From: a virus
Direction: 5' to 3' (one strand)
DNA length: 64,000 nucleotides
IMG/VR virus record: IMGVR_UViG_3300025174_000005
Part shown: positions 40,278 through 51,344 of the stretch, piece by piece
How positions within the stretch are numbered: the stretch's first letter is position 1
Layout of the letters: each line of letters opens with the position of its first letter
Translations under genes and position numbers: made by a program
Notes under the pieces: generated by a model
Told to the model about the DNA's origin: nothing
The model's input: the letters and a program-made list of their open reading frames with translations, nothing else
Databases searched by the model: none

Positions 40278-40539
40278 AAAGGAGATAAAATGAATTATAT
40301 TTTAGATTTATTAATTAAACTAGGATCAACAACTAAAGCAATGTTAGCCCTACTAATGTCTATAGCAGCCACTACAATCAAGAGATTATACCATACCATA
40401 CATGCAGCACTAATGTTTTGTATTATATTCTTACCCATCATATTATTGGCAACAAGTAATACATTTGGTTTATCACCCATATTACTTGTTTTAATTACTA
40501 TATTTAATACTTATGTTATGTATGAGGATTTAAAATAAG

Positions 40540-42393
40540 TTGAATACTAGCATAAATAAAATCAATCAACTTATTGAACCACTAAACCTAGCTCAGACAG
40601 ATGCTGTTAAGCATCGCAACAAACATCTGCTTGTTATTAGTTGTCCTGGTAGTGGCAAGACGCGGTGTCTTACGCACCGCCTAGCATCTCTTATTGTAGA
40701 GGGTATTAATCCTTCTAATATATTGTGTGTTACCTTTACACGCAAAGCTTCTCGTGAGATGATAGACAGAACAAATAGGTTGCTTGAGTCTATAGACGAA
40801 AATATCTATCTTGGGAGTATGATGATAGGTACATTCCATAGTATATGTCTTAAAATACTACGTGCTGAGGGAATTAATCATGGGGTTGCCGATGCTGATA
40901 AGCAGCGTGATATTATTAAAAAAATATTAATGCGTTCAAATATAGACCAAGACTTTGTGTATGATGCATTACATAGAATAAACTATGAGAAAGCATTTGG
41001 CAGAGGACCATCAGCAGTTGAAAGCAAACTAGTAAGAGATGTATTCCAAGAGTATGAGAATGCTTTAAATAAAGAAAAGCTATTAGATTACGATGACATT
41101 CTCTTAAGAACCAAACAACTCTTTGATGCTCATCCAGAAACTAGGTACAAGTGGCAAAACCAATTTCAACATATATTAGTAGATGAATTACAAGATACTA
41201 ATATGGTCCAATTCTCTATATTAGAAAGTTTAATATCTAATAACTCCACCTTTTTTGGTGTAGGTGATTTTGCTCAAAGTATCTATGGTTGGAGAGGTAG
41301 TCTGCCTGATTATATTAATAAGTTCTCAGAGAACTGGAAAACTGATATTATTAAATTAGAAACCAATTATAGATCTGGGCAGAAGATATTAAATTTAGCT
41401 CAGTCATTAATTAAAGCATCATCTCTGCCACTACAAGCATCTCTAAATGGAGTAAATGGAGAAGGTATTCAGCCTGTAATAACACAACACATGGATGAGT
41501 ATGCTGAAGCTACGTGGATAGCTCGTACTATTAAGGGATTACGATCCAGAAATACACCACTGCATGAGATTGGCATACTATATCGTACACATGCCCTTAG
41601 TAGAGTACTAGAACAAGTACTTTCTAAGGAGAAAGTACCATATAAATTAGATCATGCATTGTCTTTTACTAGACGTAAGGAAATCAGAGATATACTGTCT
41701 TACTTATCAGTAATACACAATAAAGATACTGAAGCGATTAAACGTATAATCAACATGCCTTCGCGCAAAATAGGACCAGTAACCTTGAATCCAATAATGG
41801 CGGAAGCTTTATCGCTAGACAAATCATTGTGGGATATGTTACAATTAACCAAGGCTAAACCTATAAAAAGTTTTATCAAACTAATAAATAAAATATCAGA
41901 TCTGCCTACGTTAACTGAACAGTTTGGAGCCATAGTTGAGCTAACTAGATATAAACAATATCTTCTCTCCTTTGACAAAGAGACAGGTGAAGAGAGAGTA
42001 CAAAACATAGAACAATTAGGTGTGATGATTAATCAGTGTGTTACATATGATAAATTATTAGAAGAGATTGCCACTATAGAAGATGGAGTTAAACAGGTAG
42101 GATCTGCCATACACCTACTAACAATGCATGCTGCTAAGGGGTTAGAATTCGATGCGGTATTTATATTGGGAGTAGAAGATGGTATTATACCACACAGTAA
42201 ATCCATATCAGAGGGACTTGACAGGATAGAGGAAGAGCGTAGGTTATTATATGTAGCAACTACTCGAGCTAGGAAAAACTTATTTCTATCTCATACTAAT
42301 TCAAGATTGGGCTTTAATAGGAAATCAGGAACTAAATGCAGTCGCTTTATAACACCAGATGTTTTAAAACATTTATATAAGGAGGTAATATAA
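40540..42393 (+). CDS. UvrD/PcrA-like SF1 helicase
   Basis: PGSGKT, VDELQDTN, VGDFAQSIYGWRG, LETNYRS, LYRT, TMHAAKGLEF, EERRLLYVATTRA. Confidence 0.95.
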   Translation: MNTSINKINQLIEPLNLAQTDAVKHRNKHLLVISCPGSGKTRCLTHRLASLIVEGINPSNILCVTFTRKASREMIDRTNRLLESIDENIYLGSMMIGTFHSICLKILRAEGINHGVADADKQRDIIKKILMRSNIDQDFVYDALHRINYEKAFGRGPSAVESKLVRDVFQEYENALNKEKLLDYDDILLRTKQLFDAHPETRYKWQNQFQHILVDELQDTNMVQFSILESLISNNSTFFGVGDFAQSIYGWRGSLPDYINKFSENWKTDIIKLETNYRSGQKILNLAQSLIKASSLPLQASLNGVNGEGIQPVITQHMDEYAEATWIARTIKGLRSRNTPLHEIGILYRTHALSRVLEQVLSKEKVPYKLDHALSFTRRKEIRDILSYLSVIHNKDTEAIKRIINMPSRKIGPVTLNPIMAEALSLDKSLWDMLQLTKAKPIKSFIKLINKISDLPTLTEQFGAIVELTRYKQYLLSFDKETGEERVQNIEQLGVMINQCVTYDKLLEEIATIEDGVKQVGSAIHLLTMHAAKGLEFDAVFILGVEDGIIPHSKSISEGLDRIEEERRLLYVATTRARKNLFLSHTNSRLGFNRKSGTKCSRFITPDVLKHLYKEVI

Positions 42394-42849
42394 TGAACGA
42401 ACAAGAAATTAATCAAACACCTACGGCTACAGTGGATATAGATCTAAATACCATTAGGGTTATCAAAAAAATAGAGGAAGCTTTTGAGGATCCCTCATTT
42501 GATAAAACAGGATTAACATATCTAGATGTAGTAGAGGGATTTGCTACTATGTTAGTAGGTACTACTACTATGTTTTTAACTAATAATAATTACCAAGTAT
42601 CAGAAGAAGATAAGCAAATGATAGAAACAAGATCTTTAGAAATTATGGATACGCTTAAACAACATGGTCTCAATACCAACATAGCCTACACTACATTCAT
42701 ACTTGCAGGTGTACTTGCAGCCATGAGTCTGGGAATTAAAAGACATGTCTCTTTTATACAACAACAGGCAAGTAGCCAAATGCAAACAATTACAGAAGCA
42801 ACTTCAGATAATGCAGGCGTAACACCTACAGAAGATTAGGAGGATTAAA

Positions 42850-43104
42850 TTGTTCCCAGTATTATCCCCCATAGAATGTGTGGTATCACATTGTGCCTTC
42901 AAAAGTATTGGAGGTACCACTATAGCCACCTACGGGTACATAGATAATATCCTACATTTGTGTGCTGTAAATATTTACCCATCTCGATTATGGGGAACTG
43001 TCACTACCAATTTCAAATTATGTAATTTTTTCGAATATAGCTGTAGACCTGTTGATGTATGTAGGGCATTACTAGGAATACCTGGAGATGCTAATGAATC
43101 CTGA
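42850..43104 (+). CDS. Small ORF with the conserved tag
   Basis: CRPVDVCRALLGIP. Confidence 0.6.
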   Translation: MFPVLSPIECVVSHCAFKSIGGTTIATYGYIDNILHLCAVNIYPSRLWGTVTTNFKLCNFFEYSCRPVDVCRALLGIPGDANES

Positions 43105-43525
43105 GAAAATACAATACAGATACCTAACACCAAGTACTGATCCGTGGGTACATCAACCCATAGTAGGTGGTGTAGGTAAACACATACATGAAGTAGTAGC
43201 TATAATAAACAACAAATATGATGGATATCTCCATGATGCAGCAGCAGGTTTAGATGTATCTTTTGAGGCTATCGAAGAAGCACTTACCTATTATGGTGTA
43301 AATTATCTAGAGATAGAAAAAGACAGACATAGGTTACGTATTAGAAATAATGTTATGATGAAATTACCTATGAAAGAGATAGAGATATGGTTACATGCCA
43401 CTTTAGATGATGGGATGTCCCCTATATCCCGCCTATATGGTAATAAATTAGACCTAAAGATACTAGAGCAATATGTAGAGTCTATATCTCTTCCTTCTAA
43501 AAAGAAGAAGAACCGTGCAACATAG
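43088..43525 (+). CDS. DUF433-like protein
   Basis: PIVGGVGKHIHEVV...AAAGLDVSFEAIEEALTYY. Confidence 0.5.
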   Translation: MLMNPEKIQYRYLTPSTDPWVHQPIVGGVGKHIHEVVAIINNKYDGYLHDAAAGLDVSFEAIEEALTYYGVNYLEIEKDRHRLRIRNNVMMKLPMKEIEIWLHATLDDGMSPISRLYGNKLDLKILEQYVESISLPSKKKKNRAT

Positions 43526-43610
43526 AAAAATTGCTTTTATTATAGATGGATCCAACACCTTATATTTATTAAGACGGTTAATAGTATAATTAACCTAATT
43601 TAAGGAGGCT

Positions 43611-43841
43611 GTGTACATGGCAAACCTTTCAGAGTTCGCGAATCTGATTGGCAAAACAATTGATTCGATAACAGATAAACCAGTAGCTGCTGAACAAGCA
43701 TTACCTACAGGTTCGATGCAAATGGTAATTCAATTTACAGATATGTCATTTCTAACCCTTACAGCGAGAGCTCAAGATGGGTTCCCTGCAAGAATTGTTT
43801 ACAACAACGATGGCGTAAGAGACGAACTTATCAATTTGTAA
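43611..43841 (+). CDS. Small protein in a self-contained cassette
   Basis: TATAAT at 43585, RBS aggagg, downstream structure and terminator. Confidence 0.7.
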   Translation: MYMANLSEFANLIGKTIDSITDKPVAAEQALPTGSMQMVIQFTDMSFLTLTARAQDGFPARIVYNNDGVRDELINL

Positions 43842-43897
43842 TAAGTTTACCTACGTAATCCGTTTTTTAGCGGGTCCACCTTGTGTGGGTAGGTACG

Positions 43898-43930
43898 AGA
43901 AGGGGCGACGGAAGAGCCCCTTCTTCTTTT
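43898..43930 (+). terminator. Intrinsic terminator
   Basis: AGAAGGGGC-N9-GCCCCTTCT followed by tctttt. Confidence 0.7.
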
Positions 43931-44957
43931 ATATAAGGAGGGGTATGGTACACACAACTAAAATAGTAAGACTTTATCCTGTCATAGACGAAACACTTGC
44001 CGTGGTTGATCGATCTTATTATAGCTACAGCAATTCCTTAACTTGGGATATTAACCCAAGTATATATCCTCCTAATTTTAATACATATCAAGGAGCTGTG
44101 GATTATTTAATAAAAATTGGATACATATATGATAAGATCAATGATTACTATAGCCGAGAAAACTATTTATATTAGATCTCCACATCTTGATCTTATACAG
44201 GAAGTAAGGATATACCCTAGTTTTATAAGGTATCATACTCTAGATGAGAAAATGATGTTTAATTATGGTATAAATGGCTGTTTATACAACAAAAAACAAG
44301 CTGTTCCTTATCAAGTATGTGAGCTTTACTAAATATTACAAAGACATAGGAGATAATATGAAGCATCAAGCTATGTTAGACCTATACATGCCCTCCATAG
44401 AAGTAGAGATCCTACGTCTTCTGAAGGAACACAGCTATAAAATAGATGAAGCATCGATGAAATCTAAAGGGAAACACCTTATCCTTAGAGATGGCTCTAA
44501 TGTTTTTAAAATCAACATACAAGGATTATATCGTAATATTTTCTATAATGAGAAGGGAGATATTGATATTTCCATGAATGATATTGAGTATGGATTGCTT
44601 AAGGTAGCTCAGATAATATATCAATATATAGATGTTATGGATGTAGCCAGCGAATCCATAGATAAGATGAAAATACTATCTTCTTTATATGAAATAAAAA
44701 CAATTAAGCAAGTAGATAATTCATATGAAATATATTAAGCACGTAGAGATTCCAGCGCTTCTAAACAAACGCAGGTTGAGAGCAAGGAGAACCAGGGTCT
44801 CGGCTATTAAAAATAGAAGGAGGAACTGGCTAACTACTATAGCCAAAGGTGTAGTAACTATTCTGCCGTTTGCCCTAAGTTTTACCCCGTTGTCATCATT
44901 AAAATGGTTGCGATATGGACCATTAAGATTAATACATAAATTAATAAGGTATGTAAA

Positions 44958-45365
44958 TTGGTAAAAGATATAATGCAGAGACGGAGCTTTAAACCTATGT
45001 TCCATGAAGAGCTCAAAGGTAAAATAGTTTACAGCGTGCAACTACCACAGTATAGTCAGCATGACGTAGTTAAAGTTGGTGGGGATATAGTATTTATAGG
45101 TAAACTACCTGAACTTAAAGACTTCATAGGTTCAGAACCACACGATAACTATCATGATGTATATCATATAGTTATAGATGATGGATTAGATACCCTAACT
45201 ATATCAGCCATACCAGAAACATTACTTATAGAAAATGAATTAAAAGTTGGAGATTTAATTATAGTTGAAGGGGCCATAATGTATTACCACGATAATCATT
45301 TTCCATATATAGTAGCTTTTAATACCAAGAAACTAAAGGCTAAGAGAACACCTAAGCATATTTAA
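44958..45365 (+). CDS. Stand-alone OB-fold-like protein
   Basis: VKVGGDIV...IVIDDG...LKVGDLIIVEG resembles DnaE-type OB folds. Confidence 0.45.
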   Translation: MVKDIMQRRSFKPMFHEELKGKIVYSVQLPQYSQHDVVKVGGDIVFIGKLPELKDFIGSEPHDNYHDVYHIVIDDGLDTLTISAIPETLLIENELKVGDLIIVEGAIMYYHDNHFPYIVAFNTKKLKAKRTPKHI

Positions 45366-45403
45366 GCTAGTAAATAAGCCTAAATACCTATCATTTTAAG
45401 ATC

Positions 45404-45431
45404 TTGACAGCTTCTCCTAAAGCAGTATAAT
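45404..45431 (+). promoter_or_regulatory. Sigma70-type promoter upstream of the RNR gene
   Basis: TTGACA-N16-TATAAT. Confidence 0.7.
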
Positions 45432-45452
45432 AACAATAGAGGGCGGTTATCC

Positions 45453-47747
45453 ATGCCCTTGTTCTATCTAAAAGGAGATGCTGGCATGCATACAACAACA
45501 GGGACTATGTCCCCATCTTTAATATCTTTAACCCCCATCGCTCAACAAATACTTACTAAACGTTATTTTAAAACCAAAGAAGATGGTACTCAGGAAACCT
45601 GGGAAGATCTTTGTCATCGCGTAGCCAATCATATAGCAAGAGCAGAAATTACTCTTGAACTCCAAACATATTGGGCTCAACAATTCTACGATCTTATTCA
45701 CGATCTATGGTTTCTACCCAACAGTCCATGCTTAGTTAATGCTGGTACTAATATAGGTGGACTGCTTGCGTGCTTTGTAGTACCTCTAGAAGACAGTATA
45801 GACGGTATAGCTGAGACTAAAAAGTCCTTCATGAAGATAGCCCAAAAAGGAGGTGGTTGTGGGACAACCCTATCAAACCTCCGTCCAAAAGGCAACTATG
45901 TAGCGGGGTCAACGCACGCTCAGGCAGGTGGACCCATTGCATTCTTGAGAACAATATCATCTGATATGATAGCTATGACACAGTCAGGCTTCAGAGATAT
46001 GGCATGTATGGCTACGATGAGAGTAGATCATCCAGATATACTAGAGTGCATACGTTGTAAAACACCATTAGCTGCTCTTCAGTATACCTTTAATATTACC
46101 GATGATGAAGCTAAGAATATGTTAGATGAAGGCATTCCTTCTCAGGTTCAGAAATTAATAGAAGATTTTTTGCATAACTTTAATATCTCCATTATGGTAA
46201 CAGATGAATTCATGGAAGCCGTACATGATAATAAGGACTATAATCTAACTTTTGATGGTAAAATTTACAAAACACTATCTGCTAAAGAAGTATTTAAAGA
46301 GATAGCTAAGAACGCATGGACATGGGGAGACCCAGGTTTAATGTTTTATAACAAGGTCAATAGCGAAGACAAGTCTTATACAGAAGAAATACAATCAAGT
46401 AATCCATGCGGTGAGCAGCAACTTCCACCTTATGGCTCATGTAATTTAGGAAGTTTAAACTTAACTAAATTTGTTACTAGTAATGGTAAGGTAAACTGGG
46501 ATCTACTAGCAGATAGGATCAACATAGCAACTAGGTTTCTGGATAATGTAATAGATATGAACCAGTTTCCTACGCCTAAGATAGAAGACTGGGCTTCTCG
46601 AAACCGTCCTATCGGCCTTGGTGTTATGGGATGGGCTGATATGCTTATTAATATGAAGATGGCTTATGGCTCTCAAAATAGTTATAGGTTAGCTAAACAA
46701 GTAATGTCATTTATCCATGATAAAACTAATGAAGTTTCTGTAAGCTTAGCTAATGAAAAGGGAATGCTTAATCTAACTGGCAAAGGTGCCCTAGAAAATA
46801 TACGACGCAATACTTGTATAACCAGTATAGCACCAACAGGAAGCATAAGTCTCCTGGCTAATTGTTCTAGCGGTGTAGAGCCATGCTACAGTGATTCTAT
46901 AACACGTACCGATAAAACAGGCACCTATCACACCACACATCCTAGTGCTGATGAGAAGTGCTTTAGGTGTGCTGTGTCAGAGAAGTATCCTGATAAGATA
47001 CTATCTGCTGAAGCACACATACGTATGCAGGCAGCGTTTCAGAATAACGGTGTAACATCTAGCATATCTAAAACAATTAATCTTGCAGAGACAGCCACTA
47101 TAGAAGATGTGCTAAAGGCATATCAGCTAGCGTGGGAGCTCGACTGTAAAGGAATTACGATCTACAGAGATAAAAGCAGGACTTCTGCGGTACTATCAAC
47201 AGGCATAGTAACGAAACCAACCACAGTTAAGAGAAGTAAGCTTATATCTCCCGATATACTTACTGGAGGTTACCGTGCTAAGATCCAGATGTTTGGCAAA
47301 GAGGGAGAGAAAATTACTTATTACCTTCAGATGTTTCCCAACGAATCTGGACAAACAGATGAGCTCTTCTTGAGCTCAAGCCATCCAACAGAAGCAGACT
47401 TCTGTGCAATAATAGGGCGCTTAGGTACAATGGCCCTACGTAGACTAGATCCTGATGAGATGGAAGCCTTTGCTAAACAATTAGAACAAGGTCAATCAAC
47501 ACGAGGTATTACTACATTCTTACGACATCGCTATGCCTCACTAGGTGAAGCGTTAGCAGCAGCCTTCAGAGAGGGCTTAAGACACTTTAGTGGTACTATA
47601 ATTAATTTAATACCTACAGCTACAGTAGATACTAAAGAAGTTGTTCTAGGCCAGAAATGTCCAAAGTGTAAGCAGATGACCTTTGTAGTCGAAGCTGGCT
47701 GTAAGGTATGTAAGAATGATGAATGTATGTATAGTAAGTGCGGCTAA
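45453..47747 (+). CDS. nrdJ: Class II (B12-dependent) ribonucleotide reductase; start may be slightly downstream
   Basis: FLPNSPCL, LACFV, SNPCGEQ, CNLGSLN, IAPTGSIS, ISKTINL, KGITIYRD, C-terminal Zn ribbon; no beta subunit nearby. Confidence 0.9.
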   Translation: MPLFYLKGDAGMHTTTGTMSPSLISLTPIAQQILTKRYFKTKEDGTQETWEDLCHRVANHIARAEITLELQTYWAQQFYDLIHDLWFLPNSPCLVNAGTNIGGLLACFVVPLEDSIDGIAETKKSFMKIAQKGGGCGTTLSNLRPKGNYVAGSTHAQAGGPIAFLRTISSDMIAMTQSGFRDMACMATMRVDHPDILECIRCKTPLAALQYTFNITDDEAKNMLDEGIPSQVQKLIEDFLHNFNISIMVTDEFMEAVHDNKDYNLTFDGKIYKTLSAKEVFKEIAKNAWTWGDPGLMFYNKVNSEDKSYTEEIQSSNPCGEQQLPPYGSCNLGSLNLTKFVTSNGKVNWDLLADRINIATRFLDNVIDMNQFPTPKIEDWASRNRPIGLGVMGWADMLINMKMAYGSQNSYRLAKQVMSFIHDKTNEVSVSLANEKGMLNLTGKGALENIRRNTCITSIAPTGSISLLANCSSGVEPCYSDSITRTDKTGTYHTTHPSADEKCFRCAVSEKYPDKILSAEAHIRMQAAFQNNGVTSSISKTINLAETATIEDVLKAYQLAWELDCKGITIYRDKSRTSAVLSTGIVTKPTTVKRSKLISPDILTGGYRAKIQMFGKEGEKITYYLQMFPNESGQTDELFLSSSHPTEADFCAIIGRLGTMALRRLDPDEMEAFAKQLEQGQSTRGITTFLRHRYASLGEALAAAFREGLRHFSGTIINLIPTATVDTKEVVLGQKCPKCKQMTFVVEAGCKVCKNDECMYSKCG

Positions 47748-47766
47748 GCCACATTGTGGCTTAGCC
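47742..47766 (+). terminator. Hairpin at the nrdJ stop
   Basis: GGCTAAGCCAC-att-GTGGCTTAGCC. Confidence 0.6.
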
Positions 47767-48878
47767 TTATGGAGTGGTTAGGTAGTTGGAGGGAGATATA
47801 TGCACACGATAAGTTTAGGACCTAGGAATAATCTTATATTACAAATGATCTTAGCAATGAATGTTATGTATTTGTCTACTAGAGATCATCTACATCACCG
47901 CCCCCTTAAAACACTTGATCCACACATATGGACTATAAGGGCTTCAAATATCGTTTTACAGTATACTATACCCATCATTAACGGCCGTCGCATTTGCAGG
48001 GATTGTCATTATGGGGATGAGTATTTGAGAATGAAGCTTAGGATAAGCCCAGCGTGCTGCCTCAAGTACTACTGTTTGAAGAATTTGTATCCAGACTTAA
48101 ATCATTGGTAACCCGTTCGAATGGGAGATATTTACTGATACTAAACATAGAGACCTGTTTTCGAAGGAGGTATAAGTAATGTATATTTCAGAGACAAACC
48201 TACCCTATATATTACCCATTTTAATGGGTATAGAATGTCTAATCTATTATAATAATTGGAGTAATAATAAAAACTTTCCCTTCTCTTATCCCTATGTGGC
48301 TGCCAATTTGATATTACAAAGAATGGGATGTGGGTAGATGATATTACTACACTTAATATTTTTGGGGTTATTTTTTGGTTCACTTGTTTTATTTGGTATA
48401 GGGGTGTTTATTACCACACAAACAATAATAGATGGTGTTACTATGAAGACATTGCTATGGTTGACAATTACACATCTTGGTATAACATGTATAGTGTTGT
48501 TTAGTGATATTCTTTGTACATTGAGGTGTAAATATCGCAAGATAAAATAAAAATACTAAATTATACTCGTGAAGATTGTTTTATGTATCTTCAAGCTAAA
48601 GGGAGGTAAATAAAATGATATGGGAAGCGCTTGCTCTTTTTGTTTTTATAGGTTGGTTGCTACTGAAGATAGCAGGTGAAGATAAGTCTCTTAAGAAGGG
48701 GCTAAGGACATTTATGTTAGGAGCAGGAGGTATTATACTCGGATTGATCATTTGCCCGCACCTAGTACTGTGGTCACTAATCATAATAATGATAATAAGT
48801 GTATGCAAACTGAAACAATACATAGAGAAGCATTATAGTTAATAGTACATGAAGAGGGGATAAAAGGAGGGTGTAAAA

Positions 48879-49481
48879 ATGAAGATAACTAGAGAATTTT
48901 TAGTAAAAAACAATGCCTGCGAAGGTGACGTAGCCACGTGCGACGGATTAAGAAAGATAGAATTGAAGACTTTGATTCAATTCTACATACATAATAATAA
49001 ATTCGATTTGGGTAATTTGCTCCTGACAAAAATTTTAAAAGAGAAGGAATTAGTGGAATATGCAATGTATGCTGCAAAATTAGTATTACCGATTTTTGAA
49101 AAGTGTACAGATAGTGATAAGCCACACCTAGCGATAGAAGCTGCTAAGTCTGTTATTGCTGCAGCTAATACTGCTTATATTGCTTATATTGCTGATGCTA
49201 CTAAAGTTGTCTTCACCACTAATGCTGCTAATGCTGTTAATGCTGCTTATATTGAAGCTAATGATGCTTATGCTGCTTATATTGAAGCTAATAATAATAA
49301 TACTGTTACTGATGCTAATGCTGTTGCTACTGCTGCTGCTAACGCTGCTAACGTTGCTTATACTGCTTACTATACTGCTACTAAGTCTGGTTTTGCTATT
49401 AATGCTTCTAATGTTGCAAAGGCAACAGGTAAAAAAATATTAGATTTTGGTTTAAATTTAATAGAGAGGAGGTATTCTTAA
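48879..49481 (+). CDS. Phage protein with Ala/Asn/Tyr low-complexity tract
   Basis: DKPHLAIEAAK followed by about 70 aa of (A/N/Y/T) repeats. Confidence 0.6.
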   Translation: MKITREFLVKNNACEGDVATCDGLRKIELKTLIQFYIHNNKFDLGNLLLTKILKEKELVEYAMYAAKLVLPIFEKCTDSDKPHLAIEAAKSVIAAANTAYIAYIADATKVVFTTNAANAVNAAYIEANDAYAAYIEANNNNTVTDANAVATAAANAANVAYTAYYTATKSGFAINASNVAKATGKKILDFGLNLIERRYS

Positions 49482-49513
49482 AATGACAATACAAATAATC
49501 CCTAATTTAGAAA

Positions 49514-50470
49514 ATGAATAAGTCCACTCATAAGGTTGAAGTAGTGTCTATTACATTGGAGCCACATCCAAACGCTGATAGTCTATCTATAGTACGTATT
49601 TTTGGCTATACAATTGTAGTTAAGACTGAGCAATGGGAAGGAATCAATATTGGAGCGTATATAGTGCCTGACAGTGTTGTTGATATTACACGTCCCGAGT
49701 TTTCTTTCTTAACTAATCCTCGTATTAAAGTTAAGAAACTGCGTGGTGTGGTATCTATGGGTCTTCTTATGCCTGCTCCTCTTGGAGCTCAGGTAGGTGA
49801 TGATGTAGCAGAATATTATGGAGTGACTAGGTACGAACCACCACTTGAAAACTTAAGCACAGGCGGAGAAATTGGACCCACACCAGACGGCATATATTAC
49901 AAATACGATATAGATACATACTATCGTTATCCTACTATCTTCCAAAAAGAAGATGAAGTATGGATAACAGAGAAACTACATGGATCTTCGGCAAGGTATG
50001 TGTTCCAAGATAATGATATGTATATTGGATCGCGCAATGAATGGAAAAAGGGCGATGGTAATATTTGGGCAGGAGCCCTTAAGCAAAATACATGGATAGA
50101 AGAATGGTGTAGAGCACATGAAGGGTATGCCTTATATGGTGAAGTATTTGGCTATGTGCAGGATTTAAAATACGGTCACGGTAAAGGACAGTATAGTTTT
50201 AGAGTATTTGATGTGCTCCATAGAGGTAGGTGGTTAGATTTCGATGAACTATTTCGGATTGGATTGGATTTCAATAAACTAGTACCAACACTATATGTTG
50301 GGCATTATCACCCCACATTAATACAATATGCAGATGGAGATAGTTGTATACCTAAAGCCAATCACATACGAGAAGGTATTGTAATTAAACCTGTCGTCAA
50401 TCGACAGGATGATGCTATAGGTAGAGTTATATTAAAAGTAGTTAGTAATAAATATCTAGAGAGGGCTTAA
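49514..50470 (+). CDS. RNA ligase, DRB0094/Rnl5-like with N-terminal OB domain
   Basis: HPNADSL, KLRGVVSMGL, ITEKLHGSS, GEVFG, FDV, REGIVIKP, ILKVVSNKYL. Confidence 0.88.
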   Translation: MNKSTHKVEVVSITLEPHPNADSLSIVRIFGYTIVVKTEQWEGINIGAYIVPDSVVDITRPEFSFLTNPRIKVKKLRGVVSMGLLMPAPLGAQVGDDVAEYYGVTRYEPPLENLSTGGEIGPTPDGIYYKYDIDTYYRYPTIFQKEDEVWITEKLHGSSARYVFQDNDMYIGSRNEWKKGDGNIWAGALKQNTWIEEWCRAHEGYALYGEVFGYVQDLKYGHGKGQYSFRVFDVLHRGRWLDFDELFRIGLDFNKLVPTLYVGHYHPTLIQYADGDSCIPKANHIREGIVIKPVVNRQDDAIGRVILKVVSNKYLERA

Positions 50471-50924
50471 TATGAAATCTCAACTACCAGAAGAAGAATT
50501 AAATAGAATTAAAGAACAGTGTAGGGTATTGAGTAAGTACCTGAAACATAGTGGTTTAGCAGAAGACGAGGATACAATACCACATGAGCGATTCTTATAT
50601 GTCCAAGACGTAGGAATACTACTAAAAGAAATAGATAGATTAAGGGATGCTTCTCCATTAGATATGAATATATTTCCTTGGTTGACATAGGTAGCATGTA
50701 GTTTAGTTGAATGGAGGCAATTATGAAAGAAATCGATTACTATATAAGAAAACGGATTTTGCAGTATACTTTAAATTTTATTGATGTAAACCGTAGTGCA
50801 CTCTCAGATGATGGCGATACAACATATAATCCAGAATATAAAGAATGGAATCAATTAAAAGATTGTATTGAACGGAAACTAAAAGCTGCTAGAATTAATA
50901 TAGAAAATTTAAGTAAGAAAGCCC

Positions 50925-51344
50925 TTGAGAATGAATAAGTTTAAAGTTGGTGAAGAAGGACAAAAGAATATAAATAAACAATTACTGTTTTCAATTACAA
51001 TAGATGATTTTGAAATACAAACTTTTAAAGCAGGCGGCAAGGGGGGACAACACCAAAACAAAACAGAGAGTGCTGTTAGATTAATCCACCACCCCTCAGG
51101 AGCTGTAGCTGAAAGCAGAGAACATAAAAATCAGTTACAGAATAAAAAAGAAGCGTTTAAAAGGGTAGTTGAAACAGTAAAATTTAAAATATGGCATAAA
51201 ATTGAAATATCTAAAAGACTAGGTAAATACGTAGATATAGAAAAGATAGTTGAAGATCAAATACAACCAGATTCTCTGGTTATTGAATCTAGAATGAACG
51301 GCAAGTGGATTCCTTATAAGGAATCATTACAAGAAGAGAGATAA
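50925..51344 (+). CDS. Stand-alone class I release-factor (GGQ) domain, peptidyl-tRNA hydrolase-like
   Basis: AGGKGGQHQNKTESAVRLIHHPSG...Q.QNKKEA. Confidence 0.9.
   Translation: MRMNKFKVGEEGQKNINKQLLFSITIDDFEIQTFKAGGKGGQHQNKTESAVRLIHHPSGAVAESREHKNQLQNKKEAFKRVVETVKFKIWHKIEISKRLGKYVDIEKIVEDQIQPDSLVIESRMNGKWIPYKESLQEER

Noticed and set aside
48105-48135. tRNA T-arm-like cccGTTCGAATggg
   Set aside because: The G53-C61 pair is missing and no acceptor, D or anticodon arms can be built.
49156-49443. Leu-rich 95-aa ORF
   Set aside because: Alternate-frame shadow of the gct/aat repeat tract in 48879-49481.
48879-49481. Diversity-generating retroelement target
   Set aside because: No template repeat with adenine-specific mismatches and no reverse transcriptase in the window.
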